The notes beneath the pieces are model-generated. The model ran no database searches. It saw only the letters and a program-made list of their open reading frames with translations, and was not told where the DNA came from. From Nitrosopumilus sp. (GTDB taxonomy: Archaea > Thermoproteota > Nitrososphaeria > Nitrososphaerales > Nitrosopumilaceae), in contig OZ242186.1 in assembly GCA_965205675.1 (NCBI GenBank), positions 1,312,001-1,376,000 on the forward strand: a DNA stretch of 64,000 bases. The letters run 5' to 3'. Each line of letters starts with the position of its first letter. The first letter of the stretch is position 1. Shown one piece after another: positions 20,367 through 30,328 of the stretch. The position numbers and the translations under genes were made by a program.

Positions 20367-20987
20367 TTGGCAGAAGCTCAGCCAAAGAAGAGGAGAAGGC
20401 GAAAGTGGGTTAGATATGAAAGGACATATTCAAACTCCATGTGGCATACTGACTGGAAGCAGTTAGACGATGGCAGATGGTTTCTGTGTTACCAGGATGA
20501 CGCATCAAGGTTTATCGTTTCTCATGGAGTGTTTGCAGAGGCAACAACAGATAACGCACTTGTAGTATTACATGAGGCAATTGCAAAGCACGGTAGGCCT
20601 GCATCAATTCTAACTGATCATGGCTCCCAGTTTTATGCAAACCAATCAGAATACAAGAGAAAAGGAGCATCACAGTTTGAGCAAGAACTGGTTAGATTTG
20701 GAATAAAACACATCATGGCAAGAGTGAATCATCCCCAGACAAATGGAAAGTTAGAAAGATTTCACGGCGAGATTCAGAGAAAGCAGAAATGGTTTGGCAC
20801 CATTGATGAGCTGGTCCACTGGTACAACCACATAAAGCCACACATGTCACTTGACTGGGATAATCTTGAGACCCCTGCAAAGGCATATGCAAGAAAGATG
20901 CCCGAGAAAGGAACAAGAGTTATTGATGAGCAGACAGGAGAAGAATACGATGTCAAATAAGGGACGAACTGATTTTGGGATACAACA
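20367..20987 (+). mobile_element. Truncated IS481-family element (rve integrase core, CDS 20367-20960)
   Basis: WHTDWK, DDASR, LTDHGSQF, HPQTNGKLERFH, YN..KPHMSL. Candidate right end ...GGGATACAACA. The N-terminal HTH is missing. Confidence 0.78.
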
Positions 20988-21111
20988 ATGGATTCAGTAG
21001 TGGGTATCTAAGATCCAATACTTGTTTAAAAACAAAATTAAAAATTAATCAAAAACTCAATATTTTATGATCATATAAATAGACGTAAAATCAAAGGCTT
21101 TTGAAAATACA

Positions 21112-21240
21112 ATGACTGAAGAAATGGATTTTACAACTGCTCCATGTGATTGGACTGAAAAAGATGCAGAAATTATAGCTGACTATGAAATCACAAAAGA
21201 GTTAGGACTATGTAATGTCAAAACTTTAGACATCAAATAA
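21112..21240 (+). CDS. Putative antitoxin
   Basis: Short acidic ORF directly upstream of a RelE-like gene. Confidence 0.45.
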   Translation: MTEEMDFTTAPCDWTEKDAEIIADYEITKELGLCNVKTLDIK

Positions 21241-21255
21241 ACCTCTTTTACTATC

Positions 21256-21540
21256 ATGTCTAGATGGCCTTTTGAATACGCACCAAAATTTAACAAGAAG
21301 ATTGCGAATCTAAAAAATCCTTTAGCATCTAACCGAATTAGAAAACTTTGTGAATGGATTGCAGAACAACAAGATCCTGAATGTATTGCAAACATTACAA
21401 CCTGTGAGGAAACCATCAACAAGAAACTCTTTTTCCCCCAATATGGATGGCATATTATCTACAAGTTTGAGAATCAAGAGATAGTGTTTGTGTTGTTTTA
21501 CAGTAATTCCGATTCACCATTACCACCTACAACTCTTTAA
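21256..21540 (+). CDS. RelE/ParE-like toxin
   Basis: W.FEYAPKFNKKIANL...WHIIYKFENQEIVF pattern. Confidence 0.55.
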   Translation: MSRWPFEYAPKFNKKIANLKNPLASNRIRKLCEWIAEQQDPECIANITTCEETINKKLFFPQYGWHIIYKFENQEIVFVLFYSNSDSPLPPTTL

Positions 21541-21820
21541 AACAGAATATCTTCACTGTTATATCAATGAATTAGGAGAAATGGAACAAAACGATATTTC
21601 ACCAGGTACTATTAGATGCATTATGCGAAACAATCCAAAAAAATAACCAAGATGTTGTAGTTATACGTAGGGCATATGAAGATGCCAAACATGACCTCAA
21701 AGAAGGAGACAATATAGCAGAATTAAACATAATTGTTTTTCACCTGACAGAAATTAATGAAATTATACACAGTCTTGATCGTATTGAAAAAATACTTTTC
21801 TCATATCCACCTTCTAAAGG

Positions 21821-22594
21821 TTAAATCATACATTCACTGCCGCAGGGACTATCTACATCAATCATTGGCAGTTTCTTTTTCTGCTTCATCATTTTATCAA
21901 TATCTCGAAGTGAATATCCTTTGGGTGCCAATCTCTGAGTTTCAAAATGCTTTCCTTGTTCTTCAATCTTCATAGAATATTTGAATAATTTTGGATGCTT
22001 CTCATGAATTTCTCCCCATCTTTGCATGTTGTTATATGGACAGAAATAACAACCACTTTTTTCAGGGGTAGGTAATCTTGCACTTTTGATCAAATCAATG
22101 CATCCTTCACGATTAATCTTGAAATCAATTAGCGGATACAAATTAGTTACATAATCTTCTCTAGCAGGTTTCATTCTGTGAACCTCGCCATAGTCAATTC
22201 CCATGTATTGGTACACATGTGATTGTAGTTTACGATAAAATGCATGAATTGGAATTACTTTGAAATCTCTTGTACACCATCTCCACACTTGAGATGGAAT
22301 AACTTCACGTCTTAAACACTTGTCTTATAATGCTTCTTTTTTTCTATTCATTACAATTTCAAATGGAATGTTTCTTCTTTTGAGATATCTCTCCATTACA
22401 TCAAGATACTGGTATGTTTCAGGCATTTCATCGCCTGTATCTGAAAACACAACATAATCTAACGGGAATTTATTTTTGACCAAAAAAACAATTAGTGCAG
22501 TAGAGTTTACTCTGCCACCATAACTTACAATATGCTTTGCATCTTTTTGGCGCTTGATATTTCTTGAGTCCAATATTCTTTCTTGTACTAACAT
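21821..22594 (-). pseudogene. PAPS-reductase-family protein with in-frame nonsense codon
   Basis: SYGGRVNS, FSDTGDEMPETY, RWCT, KSGCYFCPY. The two ORFs are in the same frame, split by TAA at 22327-22325. Confidence 0.75.
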
Positions 22595-22771
22595 CCATTC
22601 TGCATTCTCCTGTATGTTAACAAGTCCTGTAATCTAATAGAACATAAACTCCCCATTTCCTGCATGGATAGTAAAAACAATTTAATCTCTTCTGCATTTG
22701 GTATATGTATACAACTTGAATATAAAAATTAAAGAAATCTAAATATAGAAAAATAATCTTTTTCTTATTCC

Positions 22772-23071
22772 TCAAAGAAGGTCCGGATCCTCTTGTGACT
22801 CAGATGAATCCTTGATGCCCTGTGTATTTTTTTGATATGATGTGATTAATTCTTTTGGAGCAATAATGTCATGTCTTGGAATTTTCACATCCTCTGCAAC
22901 ATTGATTCCAAACTCGTCACAAATTGCTTTCTGATGCATCATCACAAACTCTACATCCTGCAGCAGTCTCTGGATCTTTATCCTTGCTCTGTACCTTGCA
23001 TCCTTTCTTTGCAATACAGAAAACGAGAGGGGTGTCTGAATTACTCTCTTGTCCTTTTCAGTCAGGCACAT
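22772..23071 (-). CDS. Small protein coupled to the actin-like ATPase (ParR-like adaptor candidate)
   Basis: Overlaps the end of the ATPase gene; basic N-terminal half and acidic tail. Confidence 0.55.
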   Translation of the reverse strand: MCLTEKDKRVIQTPLSFSVLQRKDARYRARIKIQRLLQDVEFVMMHQKAICDEFGINVAEDVKIPRHDIIAPKELITSYQKNTQGIKDSSESQEDPDLL

Positions 23072-23916
23072 TTTTCCTGAGCCTTTTTGAGCATTCCAAG
23101 CGCGTTTGAGAATACGGGGTTTTTTGCAATTCTCACATTTTGGATAATGTCGTTTTTTATCTCAGAGACTAGTTTTGGAATCAGTGCCCCTCCTCCTGCA
23201 CAGATTACGGGAATCTTGGGATAGTCAATTACTACCTTTTCTAAAGAATCTGAAATGTTTGCTGCAAGTATCTTTCTTGCCTCTGCAAGCTGTGGGGTGT
23301 TCTTTGAGAATATCTCAGGATTCATGTATTCTGATCTTGACTCTGTGATGGCACTTGTTATCTCCCCGACCCCACACGGTACGGTCTTGGCGTAACTTAT
23401 GCTCTGATGAGTTACAGCCATTATCTCCGTGGTCCCATGTCCTATATGGCACACTATCCCGTCTACTACTCCCTCGTTATCCAACGTAGCCTTTGCCTGA
23501 TACATCAGACCAAAGAACTTTGGCGCAAATCTATGGTTTACAGAATCCTTTATTTTCTGGGTGTGCCCCCTTGCGTCATATGGAATTCCTGCAACAATCA
23601 TACACTCTGAATAGCTTTGAGGTCCCTCATATACCGCATCTCTTTTGTGCAATATGACCCGGTCTAGCGCATACCTTACCAGTTCCATGTAATCAGAAAT
23701 AGATGTTGGAGTTCCCCTATACACCGGAGTCTTTAGCACCATTGACTTTACATGCTCTTGTCTTACTGCATCCTCTCCAACCAAAATAATATCTTCTGAT
23801 TCCAAATCCATGCCCTTGCCTTGTGCAATGATTGATGGGAACACAAATGTGCCATGTGCTGTGGCAACTTTTACTGAACCGGTTCCAATGTCCAGCCCTA
23901 CACAATTCTTATTCAT
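23062..23916 (-). CDS. ParM/MreB-like actin-fold ATPase
   Basis: GLDIGTGSVK, CHIGHGTTE, CAGGGA, NPVFSNALG. Confidence 0.85.
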   Translation of the reverse strand: MNKNCVGLDIGTGSVKVATAHGTFVFPSIIAQGKGMDLESEDIILVGEDAVRQEHVKSMVLKTPVYRGTPTSISDYMELVRYALDRVILHKRDAVYEGPQSYSECMIVAGIPYDARGHTQKIKDSVNHRFAPKFFGLMYQAKATLDNEGVVDGIVCHIGHGTTEIMAVTHQSISYAKTVPCGVGEITSAITESRSEYMNPEIFSKNTPQLAEARKILAANISDSLEKVVIDYPKIPVICAGGGALIPKLVSEIKNDIIQNVRIAKNPVFSNALGMLKKAQEKCA

Positions 23917-23933
23917 GATATCATCAGAACATT

Positions 23934-23945
23934 TTGAATTTAAAG
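23934..23945 (-). promoter_or_regulatory. TATA-box promoter motif CTTTAAATTCAA
   Basis: Starts 29 nt upstream of the ATPase ATG on the minus strand. Confidence 0.6.
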
Positions 23946-23956
23946 CGGTATTTTGG

Positions 23957-24205
23957 TATCGCGTAATTACGCGATATCAAAATCAAAGTATCGCGTAATA
24001 TGACGACATCAAAAATCCGTGAAAAAAATATCGATAAAAAAAGGCACTTAATACAACGAGTCCTTACTATATTAAACAAAACCCAAAAAACATCAAAAAC
24101 ACAACTTCTAGCATAGATAAGGAAAAATCCCTATCTTTGAAACCAAATTTCTAAAACACCAATTTTTGAGCAAAATCAGCCAAAGTATCGCGTAATTACA
24201 CGATA
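23957..24205. repeat. 20-bp palindrome TATCGCGTAATTACGCGATA (operator or centromere-like)
   Basis: Perfect copy at 23957-23976, half-site at 23989-23999, one-mismatch copy at 24186-24205. Confidence 0.8.
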
Positions 24206-24703
24206 TCAAAAGCATGCAATTTTTAGCAAAAATGAATTAGAGGGCAATGATGAGTTTCTGGCACGTCTGAACATCTAAATGATGACAGCAACAATCTGAG
24301 CCCTCTAACAATCTTTTGCAGCAATGCTGTTAAAAATGTTGGTGTCATTTCCAAGGTTTTGTCAAACTGAGACATCATCTCTGCTACCCTACAAAAGAAT
24401 CGACTCAGCGAGTAGGTATGAGGGATTTGAAAAGAATTTTTCTCAAATGCAACAACTACAAAGTACAAACACGTCCGCATAGCAATATCATTTGGTTTAT
24501 TGTAAAAAGAATAAATCAACAGGAGTATTCACCCGACATTGAATGATGAGGTGGGTATTTGCACCCAGAAACTATTTTTTTAAATTTAGCGCAAGCTATT
24601 CTGAGTGACGACATCGCCACACTACGGACTAGGACCAGAGACAATCTGCATACTTGCAGCATCTGAGAGAAGCACCGCCCTCAGTTATAGGGCGAAGTAT
24701 ATC

Positions 24704-25696
24704 ATGACGCGAAAAATACAAAGCAAAAATATTCAAAACAATGCACAAAATCAAAAACTGCTCTTGGCAAAAAACTATGTCGAACAAGAACTAGAAACCC
24801 AAGGGTATAGAGGTCGCATCAAGTATGATATGACCAACAAAGCTCTGGTCCAATACAGGACCAAGGAGGGAACAATAGCCGTCATCAAAGAAGGCAAACT
24901 GCACATCTTTGAGATGCCAGTCAAAAAGTTCAAGGGGGCACTTCCATTGGAGACAAATCCAGTGGATATGGATTCCATCAGGACAGAAAAGGCAACATGC
25001 TGTAAAAGATGCCATCAATGGAAAAAGACTGCAAACATAACCCGCTGTCCTTGCGGAGGATATCTGGTTCCAAGAAAGAGATTCTCAGTAGATGCTGTAG
25101 AGTCCTGGGATGAGGAAGTCCTCGAGATAGAGTTTGCCAAAAAAGACATCATCCTAGCAAAGAAGACTGATAGGGTACTAGCTCACAAACCAAAGAGATC
25201 AACCCCTAAAGGAATCACCGCAAACCTATCTGGAATGTATGCAGTAGATACTCCGCTAGATACCCACAAGGAAGAGTTGTTGCTAGTTACAGACGGTGAG
25301 GATGTAAGAACCATTCGAGTCAGACCCATATCATCATGCAGTCTGATATTTGTAGCGGCGATAGATTCTGGAATATCTGATGAACAAAAATTTGAGATAC
25401 TCTCAGAATGCAGAAAGGATGATTCTGAGGACAGACAGTTCCTATCTGAGACAGATAGATTTGTCAGAGAACACATCCCACAAAAGGCAAAGAACATGGT
25501 GGATTCATGGAATGAACCATCATATCCTTTCAAACTTGGCAGAAAAGGCAAGACATCAAAGAGAGCCACAAGATCACTCAAGAGAATGGACAAGAGTCAT
25601 GCCTCAGAGAAAACAAGTCTCAAAAACGGAAAAAAGCCACAGTTCTTTGCAAGCTCAGTACCAGCAGCACAGACTCTCAAGAATGAGTCAAAGTAA
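24704..25696 (+). CDS. Hypothetical Zn-ribbon protein A, copy 1
   Basis: CCKRC...CPCGG motif. ATG 24704 gives 330 aa like the other copies but with a different N-terminus. Confidence 0.7.
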   Translation: MTRKIQSKNIQNNAQNQKLLLAKNYVEQELETQGYRGRIKYDMTNKALVQYRTKEGTIAVIKEGKLHIFEMPVKKFKGALPLETNPVDMDSIRTEKATCCKRCHQWKKTANITRCPCGGYLVPRKRFSVDAVESWDEEVLEIEFAKKDIILAKKTDRVLAHKPKRSTPKGITANLSGMYAVDTPLDTHKEELLLVTDGEDVRTIRVRPISSCSLIFVAAIDSGISDEQKFEILSECRKDDSEDRQFLSETDRFVREHIPQKAKNMVDSWNEPSYPFKLGRKGKTSKRATRSLKRMDKSHASEKTSLKNGKKPQFFASSVPAAQTLKNESK

Positions 25697-25776
25697 ATGT
25701 CACTACAAGAAGAGTTTGTGACAGAAAAACATCTTTAAGAAAATAAAAACCACAGCACACCCCCAACTTTTTTTTA

Positions 25777-25867
25777 TGTGACCTGACAATCCTCTCAAAT
25801 CCAATATCATACTATGACACCTGACAGGCAGATTGGATGTGGAGATGGTACAGATGCTTGCAGCATC
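25777..25867 (+). repeat. Type-2 structured element upstream of membrane/coiled-coil genes (8 copies)
   Basis: Other copies start at 27624, 29534, 31402, 34513, 36452, 48218 and 58886. Nested inverted repeats. Confidence 0.85.
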
Positions 25868-25878
25868 ATACAGAAACA

Positions 25879-26304
25879 ATGAACAAAAAAACAACAAACA
25901 AAGTAAGAACCAGTCTAGTACGAAAACAAAACGTGATATTTGTAGCAATGGTAGCAGTTGGGTTATCCCTAACTGTCATGAGCCAGCTTACAGATTCGCG
26001 ACTGCTAAGTGAAGGCATAGCCTTTATTATAGTTGGATTCGTAGGAATGTTAATGTCTTGGACTACGATGGATGTTGGTGCCAGTATCAAAGAAGCAATA
26101 CATGATGTTGGCAGAAAAAACCTAGCCGCATTGGAATCCATTGCATCTTCTCAAAAAGAGATGGGCAAATCTCTCAAAGAGATGGACACGTCTCTCAAAG
26201 AGATGGACACGTCTCTCAAAGAGATAGCATCCTCTCAGAAGGAGATCAAAGACATTCTAGGTACACATACTACAATTCTAAAGAACCTAGAGAAAAAAGA
26301 CTGA
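25879..26304 (+). CDS. Two-TM + heptad-repeat coiled-coil protein, family 1
   Basis: Two TM helices then KEMDTSL/KEIASSQ heptads. Second ATG chosen because the first lies inside the structured element. Confidence 0.75.
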   Translation: MNKKTTNKVRTSLVRKQNVIFVAMVAVGLSLTVMSQLTDSRLLSEGIAFIIVGFVGMLMSWTTMDVGASIKEAIHDVGRKNLAALESIASSQKEMGKSLKEMDTSLKEMDTSLKEIASSQKEIKDILGTHTTILKNLEKKD

Positions 26305-26409
26305 GTTTTCAAAAACCCACAATATTTTTTTGACTGAGTCATGCACTCCAAACCGACATTATTTGTAGCAATACAAATCGACTCAGCGAGTTGGTGTGAG
26401 ATGTGTAAA

Positions 26410-26550
26410 GAAAATCAAAATGATTTTTGAAATTATTCCCACAGAGTTGTAACGAATTATTTCCAAAAGGGAATAGCTCAACCCAACTCTCATGACGGGA
26501 ATCGTTCTACTGGAAACGTTATTTCAGAATAACAGGAGGTTGAACCATTT
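26410..26550 (+). promoter_or_regulatory. Conserved structured cassette leader, copy 1 of 16
   Basis: Hairpins GAAAATCA/TGATTTTT, ATTCCC..AGAGTTG..TTATTTCC/GGGAATA..CAACTCT..GGGAAT and CTGGAA/TTTCAG, then AGGAGG and ATG. Confidence 0.85.
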
Positions 26551-27543
26551 ATGGTCCAACAAAATATTACAAGTGCAAGTATCAAAAATGCACAAAATCA
26601 AAAACTGCTCTTGGCAAAAAACTATGTCGAACAAGAACTAGAAACCCAAGGGTATAGAGGTCGCATCAAGTATGATATGACCAACAAAGCTCTGGTCCAA
26701 TACAGGACCAAGGAGGGAACAATAGCCGTCATCAAAGAAGGCAAACTGCACATCTTTGAGATGCCAGTCAAAAAGTTCAAGGGGGCACTTCCATTGGAGA
26801 CAAATCCAGTGGATATGGATTCCATCAGGACAGAAAAGGCAACATGCTGTAAAAGATGCCATCAATGGAAAAAGACTGCAAACATAACCCGCTGTCCTTG
26901 CGGAGGATATCTGGTTCCAAGAAAGAGATTCTCAGTAGATGCTGTAGAGTCTTGGGATGAAGAGGTCCTCGAGATAGAGTTTGCCAAAAAAGACATCATC
27001 CTAGCAAAGAAGACTGATAGGGTACTATCTCACAAACCAAAGAGATCAACCCCTAAAGGAATCACCGCAAACCTATCTGGAATGTATGCAGTAGATACTC
27101 CGCTAGATACCCACAAGGAAGAGTTGTTGCTAGTTACAGACGGTGAGGATGTAAGAACCATTCGAGTCAGACCCATATCATCATGCAGTCTGATATTTGT
27201 AGCGGCGATAGATTCTGGAATATCTGATGAACAAAAATTTGAGATACTCTCAGAATGCAGAAAGGATGATTCTGAGGACAGACAGTTCCTATCTGAGACA
27301 GATAGATTTGTCAGAGAACACATCCCACAAAAGGCAAAGAACATGGTGGATTCATGGAATGAACCATCATATCCTTTCAAACTTGGCAGAAAAGGCAAGA
27401 CATCAAAGAGAGCCACAAGATCACTCAAGAGAATGGACAAGAGTCATGCCTCAGAGAAAACAAGTCTCAAAAACGGAAAAAAGCCACAGTTCTTTGCAAG
27501 CTCAGTACCAGCAGCACAGACTCTCAAGAATGAGTCAAAGTAA
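26551..27543 (+). CDS. Hypothetical Zn-ribbon protein A, copy 2
   Basis: Near-identical to the other copies; SD AGGAGG upstream. Confidence 0.75.
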   Translation: MVQQNITSASIKNAQNQKLLLAKNYVEQELETQGYRGRIKYDMTNKALVQYRTKEGTIAVIKEGKLHIFEMPVKKFKGALPLETNPVDMDSIRTEKATCCKRCHQWKKTANITRCPCGGYLVPRKRFSVDAVESWDEEVLEIEFAKKDIILAKKTDRVLSHKPKRSTPKGITANLSGMYAVDTPLDTHKEELLLVTDGEDVRTIRVRPISSCSLIFVAAIDSGISDEQKFEILSECRKDDSEDRQFLSETDRFVREHIPQKAKNMVDSWNEPSYPFKLGRKGKTSKRATRSLKRMDKSHASEKTSLKNGKKPQFFASSVPAAQTLKNESK

Positions 27544-27725
27544 ATGTCACTGCAAGAAGAGTTTGTGACAGAAAAACATCTTTAAGAAAATAAAAACCAC
27601 AGCACACCCCCAACTTTTTTTTATGTGACCTGACAATCCTCTCAAATCCAATATCATACTATGACACCTGACAGGCAGATTGGATGTGGAGATGGTACAG
27701 ATGCTTGCAGCATCATACAAAAATC

Positions 27726-28214
27726 ATGAAAGAGGAAACCACAAACAAAGTAAAAACCAGTCTAGTACGAAAACAAAACGTGATATTTGTAGCAATGGTA
27801 GCAGTTGGGTTATCCCTAACTGTCATGAGCCAGCTTACAGATTCGCGACTGCTAAGTGAAGGCATAGCCTTTATTATAGTTGGATTCGTAGGAATGTTAA
27901 TGTCTTGGACTACGATGGATGTTGGTGCCAGTATCAAAGAAGCAATACATGATGTTGGCAGAAAAAACCTAGCCGCATTGGAATCCATTGCAAAATCTCA
28001 GAAGGAGATAGCATCTTCTCAAAAAGAGATAGCATCATCTCAAAAAGAGATAGCATCATCTCAAAAAGAGATAGCATCATCTCAAAAAGAGATAGCATCA
28101 TCTCAAAAAGAGATGGACACGTCTCTCAAGGAGATAGCATCCTCTCAGAATGAGATCAAAGACATTCTAGGTACACATACTACAATTCTAAAGAACCTAG
28201 AGAAAAAAGACTGA
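27726..28214 (+). CDS. Two-TM + coiled-coil protein, family 1
   Basis: Expanded 21-bp KEIASSQ repeat. Confidence 0.75.
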   Translation: MKEETTNKVKTSLVRKQNVIFVAMVAVGLSLTVMSQLTDSRLLSEGIAFIIVGFVGMLMSWTTMDVGASIKEAIHDVGRKNLAALESIAKSQKEIASSQKEIASSQKEIASSQKEIASSQKEIASSQKEMDTSLKEIASSQNEIKDILGTHTTILKNLEKKD

Positions 28215-28319
28215 GTTTTCAAAAACCCACAATATTTTTTTGACTGAGTCATGCACTCCAAACCGACATTATTTGTAGCAATACAAATCGACTCAGCGAG
28301 TTGGTGTGAGATGTGTAAA

Positions 28320-28460
28320 GAAAATCAAAATGATTTTTGAAATTATTCCCACAGAGTTGTAACGAATTATTTCCAAAAGGGAATAGCTCAACCCAACTCT
28401 CATGACGGGAATCGTTCTACTGGAAACGTTATTTCAGAATAAAAGGAGGTTGAACCATTT
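28320..28460 (+). promoter_or_regulatory. Structured cassette leader, copy 2
   Basis: Near-identical to 26410-26550. Confidence 0.85.
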
Positions 28461-29453
28461 ATGGTCCAACAAAATATTACAAGTGCAAGTATCAAAAATG
28501 CACAAAATCAAAAACTGCTCTTGGCAAAAAACTATGTCGAACAAGAACTAGAAACCCAAGGGTACAGAGGTCGCATCAAGTATGATATGACCAACAAAGC
28601 TCTGGTCCAATACAGGACCAAGGAGGGAACAATAGCCGTCATCAAAGAAGGCAAACTGCACATCTTTGAGATGCCAGTCAAAAAGTTCAAGGGGGCACTT
28701 CCATTGGAGACAAATCCAGTGGATATGGATTCCATCAGGACAGAAAAGGCAACATGCTGTAAAAGATGCCATCAATGGAAAAAGACTGCAAACATAACCC
28801 GCTGTCCTTGCGGAGGATATCTGGTTCCAAGAAAGAGATTCTCAGTAGATGCTGTAGAGTCTTGGGATGAAGAGGTCCTCGAGATAGAGTTTGCCAAAAA
28901 AGACATCATCCTAGCAAAGAAGACTGATAGGGTACTATCTCACAAACCAAAGAGATCAACCCCTAAAGGAATCACCGCAAACCTATCTGGAATGTATGCA
29001 GTAGATACTCCGCTAGATACCCACAAGGAAGAGTTGTTGCTAGTTACAGACGGTGAGGATGTAAGAACCATTCGAGTCAGACCCATATCATCATGCAGTC
29101 TGATATTTGTAGCGGCGATAGATTCTGGAATATCTGATGAACAAAAATTTGAGATACTCTCAGAATGCAGAAAGGATGATTCTGAGGACAGACAGTTCCT
29201 ATCTGAGACAGATAGATTTGTCAGAGAACACATCCCACAAAAGGCAAAGAACATGGTGGATTCATGGAATGAACCATCATATCCTTTCAAACTTGGCAGA
29301 AAAGGCAAGACATCAAAGAGAGCCACAAGATCACTCAAGAGAATGGACAAGAGTCATGCCTCAGAGAAAACAAGTCTCAAAAACGGAAAAAAGCCACAGT
29401 TCTTTGCAAGCTCAGTACCAGCAGCACAGACTCTCAAGAATGAGTCAAAGTAA
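28461..29453 (+). CDS. Hypothetical Zn-ribbon protein A, copy 3
   Basis: Tandem copy. Confidence 0.75.
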   Translation: MVQQNITSASIKNAQNQKLLLAKNYVEQELETQGYRGRIKYDMTNKALVQYRTKEGTIAVIKEGKLHIFEMPVKKFKGALPLETNPVDMDSIRTEKATCCKRCHQWKKTANITRCPCGGYLVPRKRFSVDAVESWDEEVLEIEFAKKDIILAKKTDRVLSHKPKRSTPKGITANLSGMYAVDTPLDTHKEELLLVTDGEDVRTIRVRPISSCSLIFVAAIDSGISDEQKFEILSECRKDDSEDRQFLSETDRFVREHIPQKAKNMVDSWNEPSYPFKLGRKGKTSKRATRSLKRMDKSHASEKTSLKNGKKPQFFASSVPAAQTLKNESK

Positions 29454-29635
29454 ATGTCACTGCAAGAAGAGTTTGTGACAGAAAAACATCTTTAAGAAAA
29501 TAAAAACCACAGCACACCCCCAACTTTTTTTTATGTGACCTGACAATCCTCTCAAATCCAATATCATACTATGACACCTGACAGGCAGATTGGATGTGGA
29601 GATGGTACAGATGCTTGCAGCATCATACAAAAATC

Positions 29636-30082
29636 ATGAAAGAGGAAACCACAAACAAAGTAAAAACCAGTCTAGTACGAAAACAAAACGTGATATTTGT
29701 AGCAATGGTAGCAGTTGGGTTATCCCTAACTGTCATGAGCCAGCTTACAGATTCGCGACTGCTAAGTGAAGGCATAGCCTTTATTATAGTTGGATTCGTA
29801 GGAATGTTAATGTCTTGGACTACGATGGATGTTGGTGCCAGTATCAAAGAAGCAATACATGATGTTGGCAGAAAAAACCTAGCCGCATTGGAATCCATTG
29901 CAAAATCTCAGAAGGAGATAGCATCTTCTCAAAAAGAGATGGGCAAATCTCTCAAAGAGATGGACACGTCTCTCAAAGAGATGGACACGTCTCTCAAGGA
30001 GATAGCATCCTCTCAGAATGAGATCAAAGACATTCTAGGTACACATACTACAATTCTAAAGAACCTAGAGAAAAAAGACTGA
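29636..30082 (+). CDS. Two-TM + coiled-coil protein, family 1
   Basis: Tandem copy with a different heptad count. Confidence 0.75.
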   Translation: MKEETTNKVKTSLVRKQNVIFVAMVAVGLSLTVMSQLTDSRLLSEGIAFIIVGFVGMLMSWTTMDVGASIKEAIHDVGRKNLAALESIAKSQKEIASSQKEMGKSLKEMDTSLKEMDTSLKEIASSQNEIKDILGTHTTILKNLEKKD

Positions 30083-30187
30083 GTTTTCAAAAACCCACAA
30101 TATTTTTTTGACTGAGTCATGCACTCCAAACCGACATTATTTGTAGCAATACAAATCGACTCAGCGAGTTGGTGTGAGATGTGTAAA

Positions 30188-30328
30188 GAAAATCAAAATG
30201 ATTTTTGAAATTATTCCCACAGAGTTGTAACGAATTATTTCCAAAAGGGAATAGCTCAACCCAACTCTCATGACGGGAATCGTTCTACTGGAAACGTTAT
30301 TTCAGAATAAAAGGAGGTTGAACCATTT
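30188..30328 (+). promoter_or_regulatory. Structured cassette leader, copy 3
   Basis: Near-identical to copy 1. Confidence 0.85.

Noticed and set aside
24223-24700. Definite oriT or replication origin call
   Set aside because: The region is non-coding with several hairpins (e.g. CGCCCT/AGGGCG), but no known nick-site motif can be supported.
25837-25878. MWRWYRCLQHH N-terminal extension of family-1 membrane proteins
   Set aside because: This ATG lies within the type-2 structured element, which persists at 34513 without the gene. The downstream ATG is more plausible.
26436-26502. Kink-turn at the internal loop AC/CATGAC
   Set aside because: The opposite strand lacks GA, and several copies read CATGCC.
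26488-26520. Hammerhead ribozyme core (CTCATGA...GAAAC)
   Set aside because: The core needs CUGANGA. Here it is CUCAUGA or CUCAUGC, and GAAA becomes GTGA or GAGA in many copies.
26462-26530. Cobalamin riboswitch (AAAAGGGAA) or tRNA-like cloverleaf
   Set aside because: The motif is a variable hairpin loop and stem. No B12 box, T-loop or acceptor stem is seen.
26410-26550. Leader element as an integron attC site
   Set aside because: TAAC and GTTA occur but do not fit RYYYAAC/GTTRRRY, and TAAC is missing in variant copies. The fold is multi-hairpin and no integrase is in the window.
27996-28150. 21-bp repeats as a CRISPR array
   Set aside because: The repeats are contiguous, in-frame coding heptads with no spacers, and no cas genes are present.
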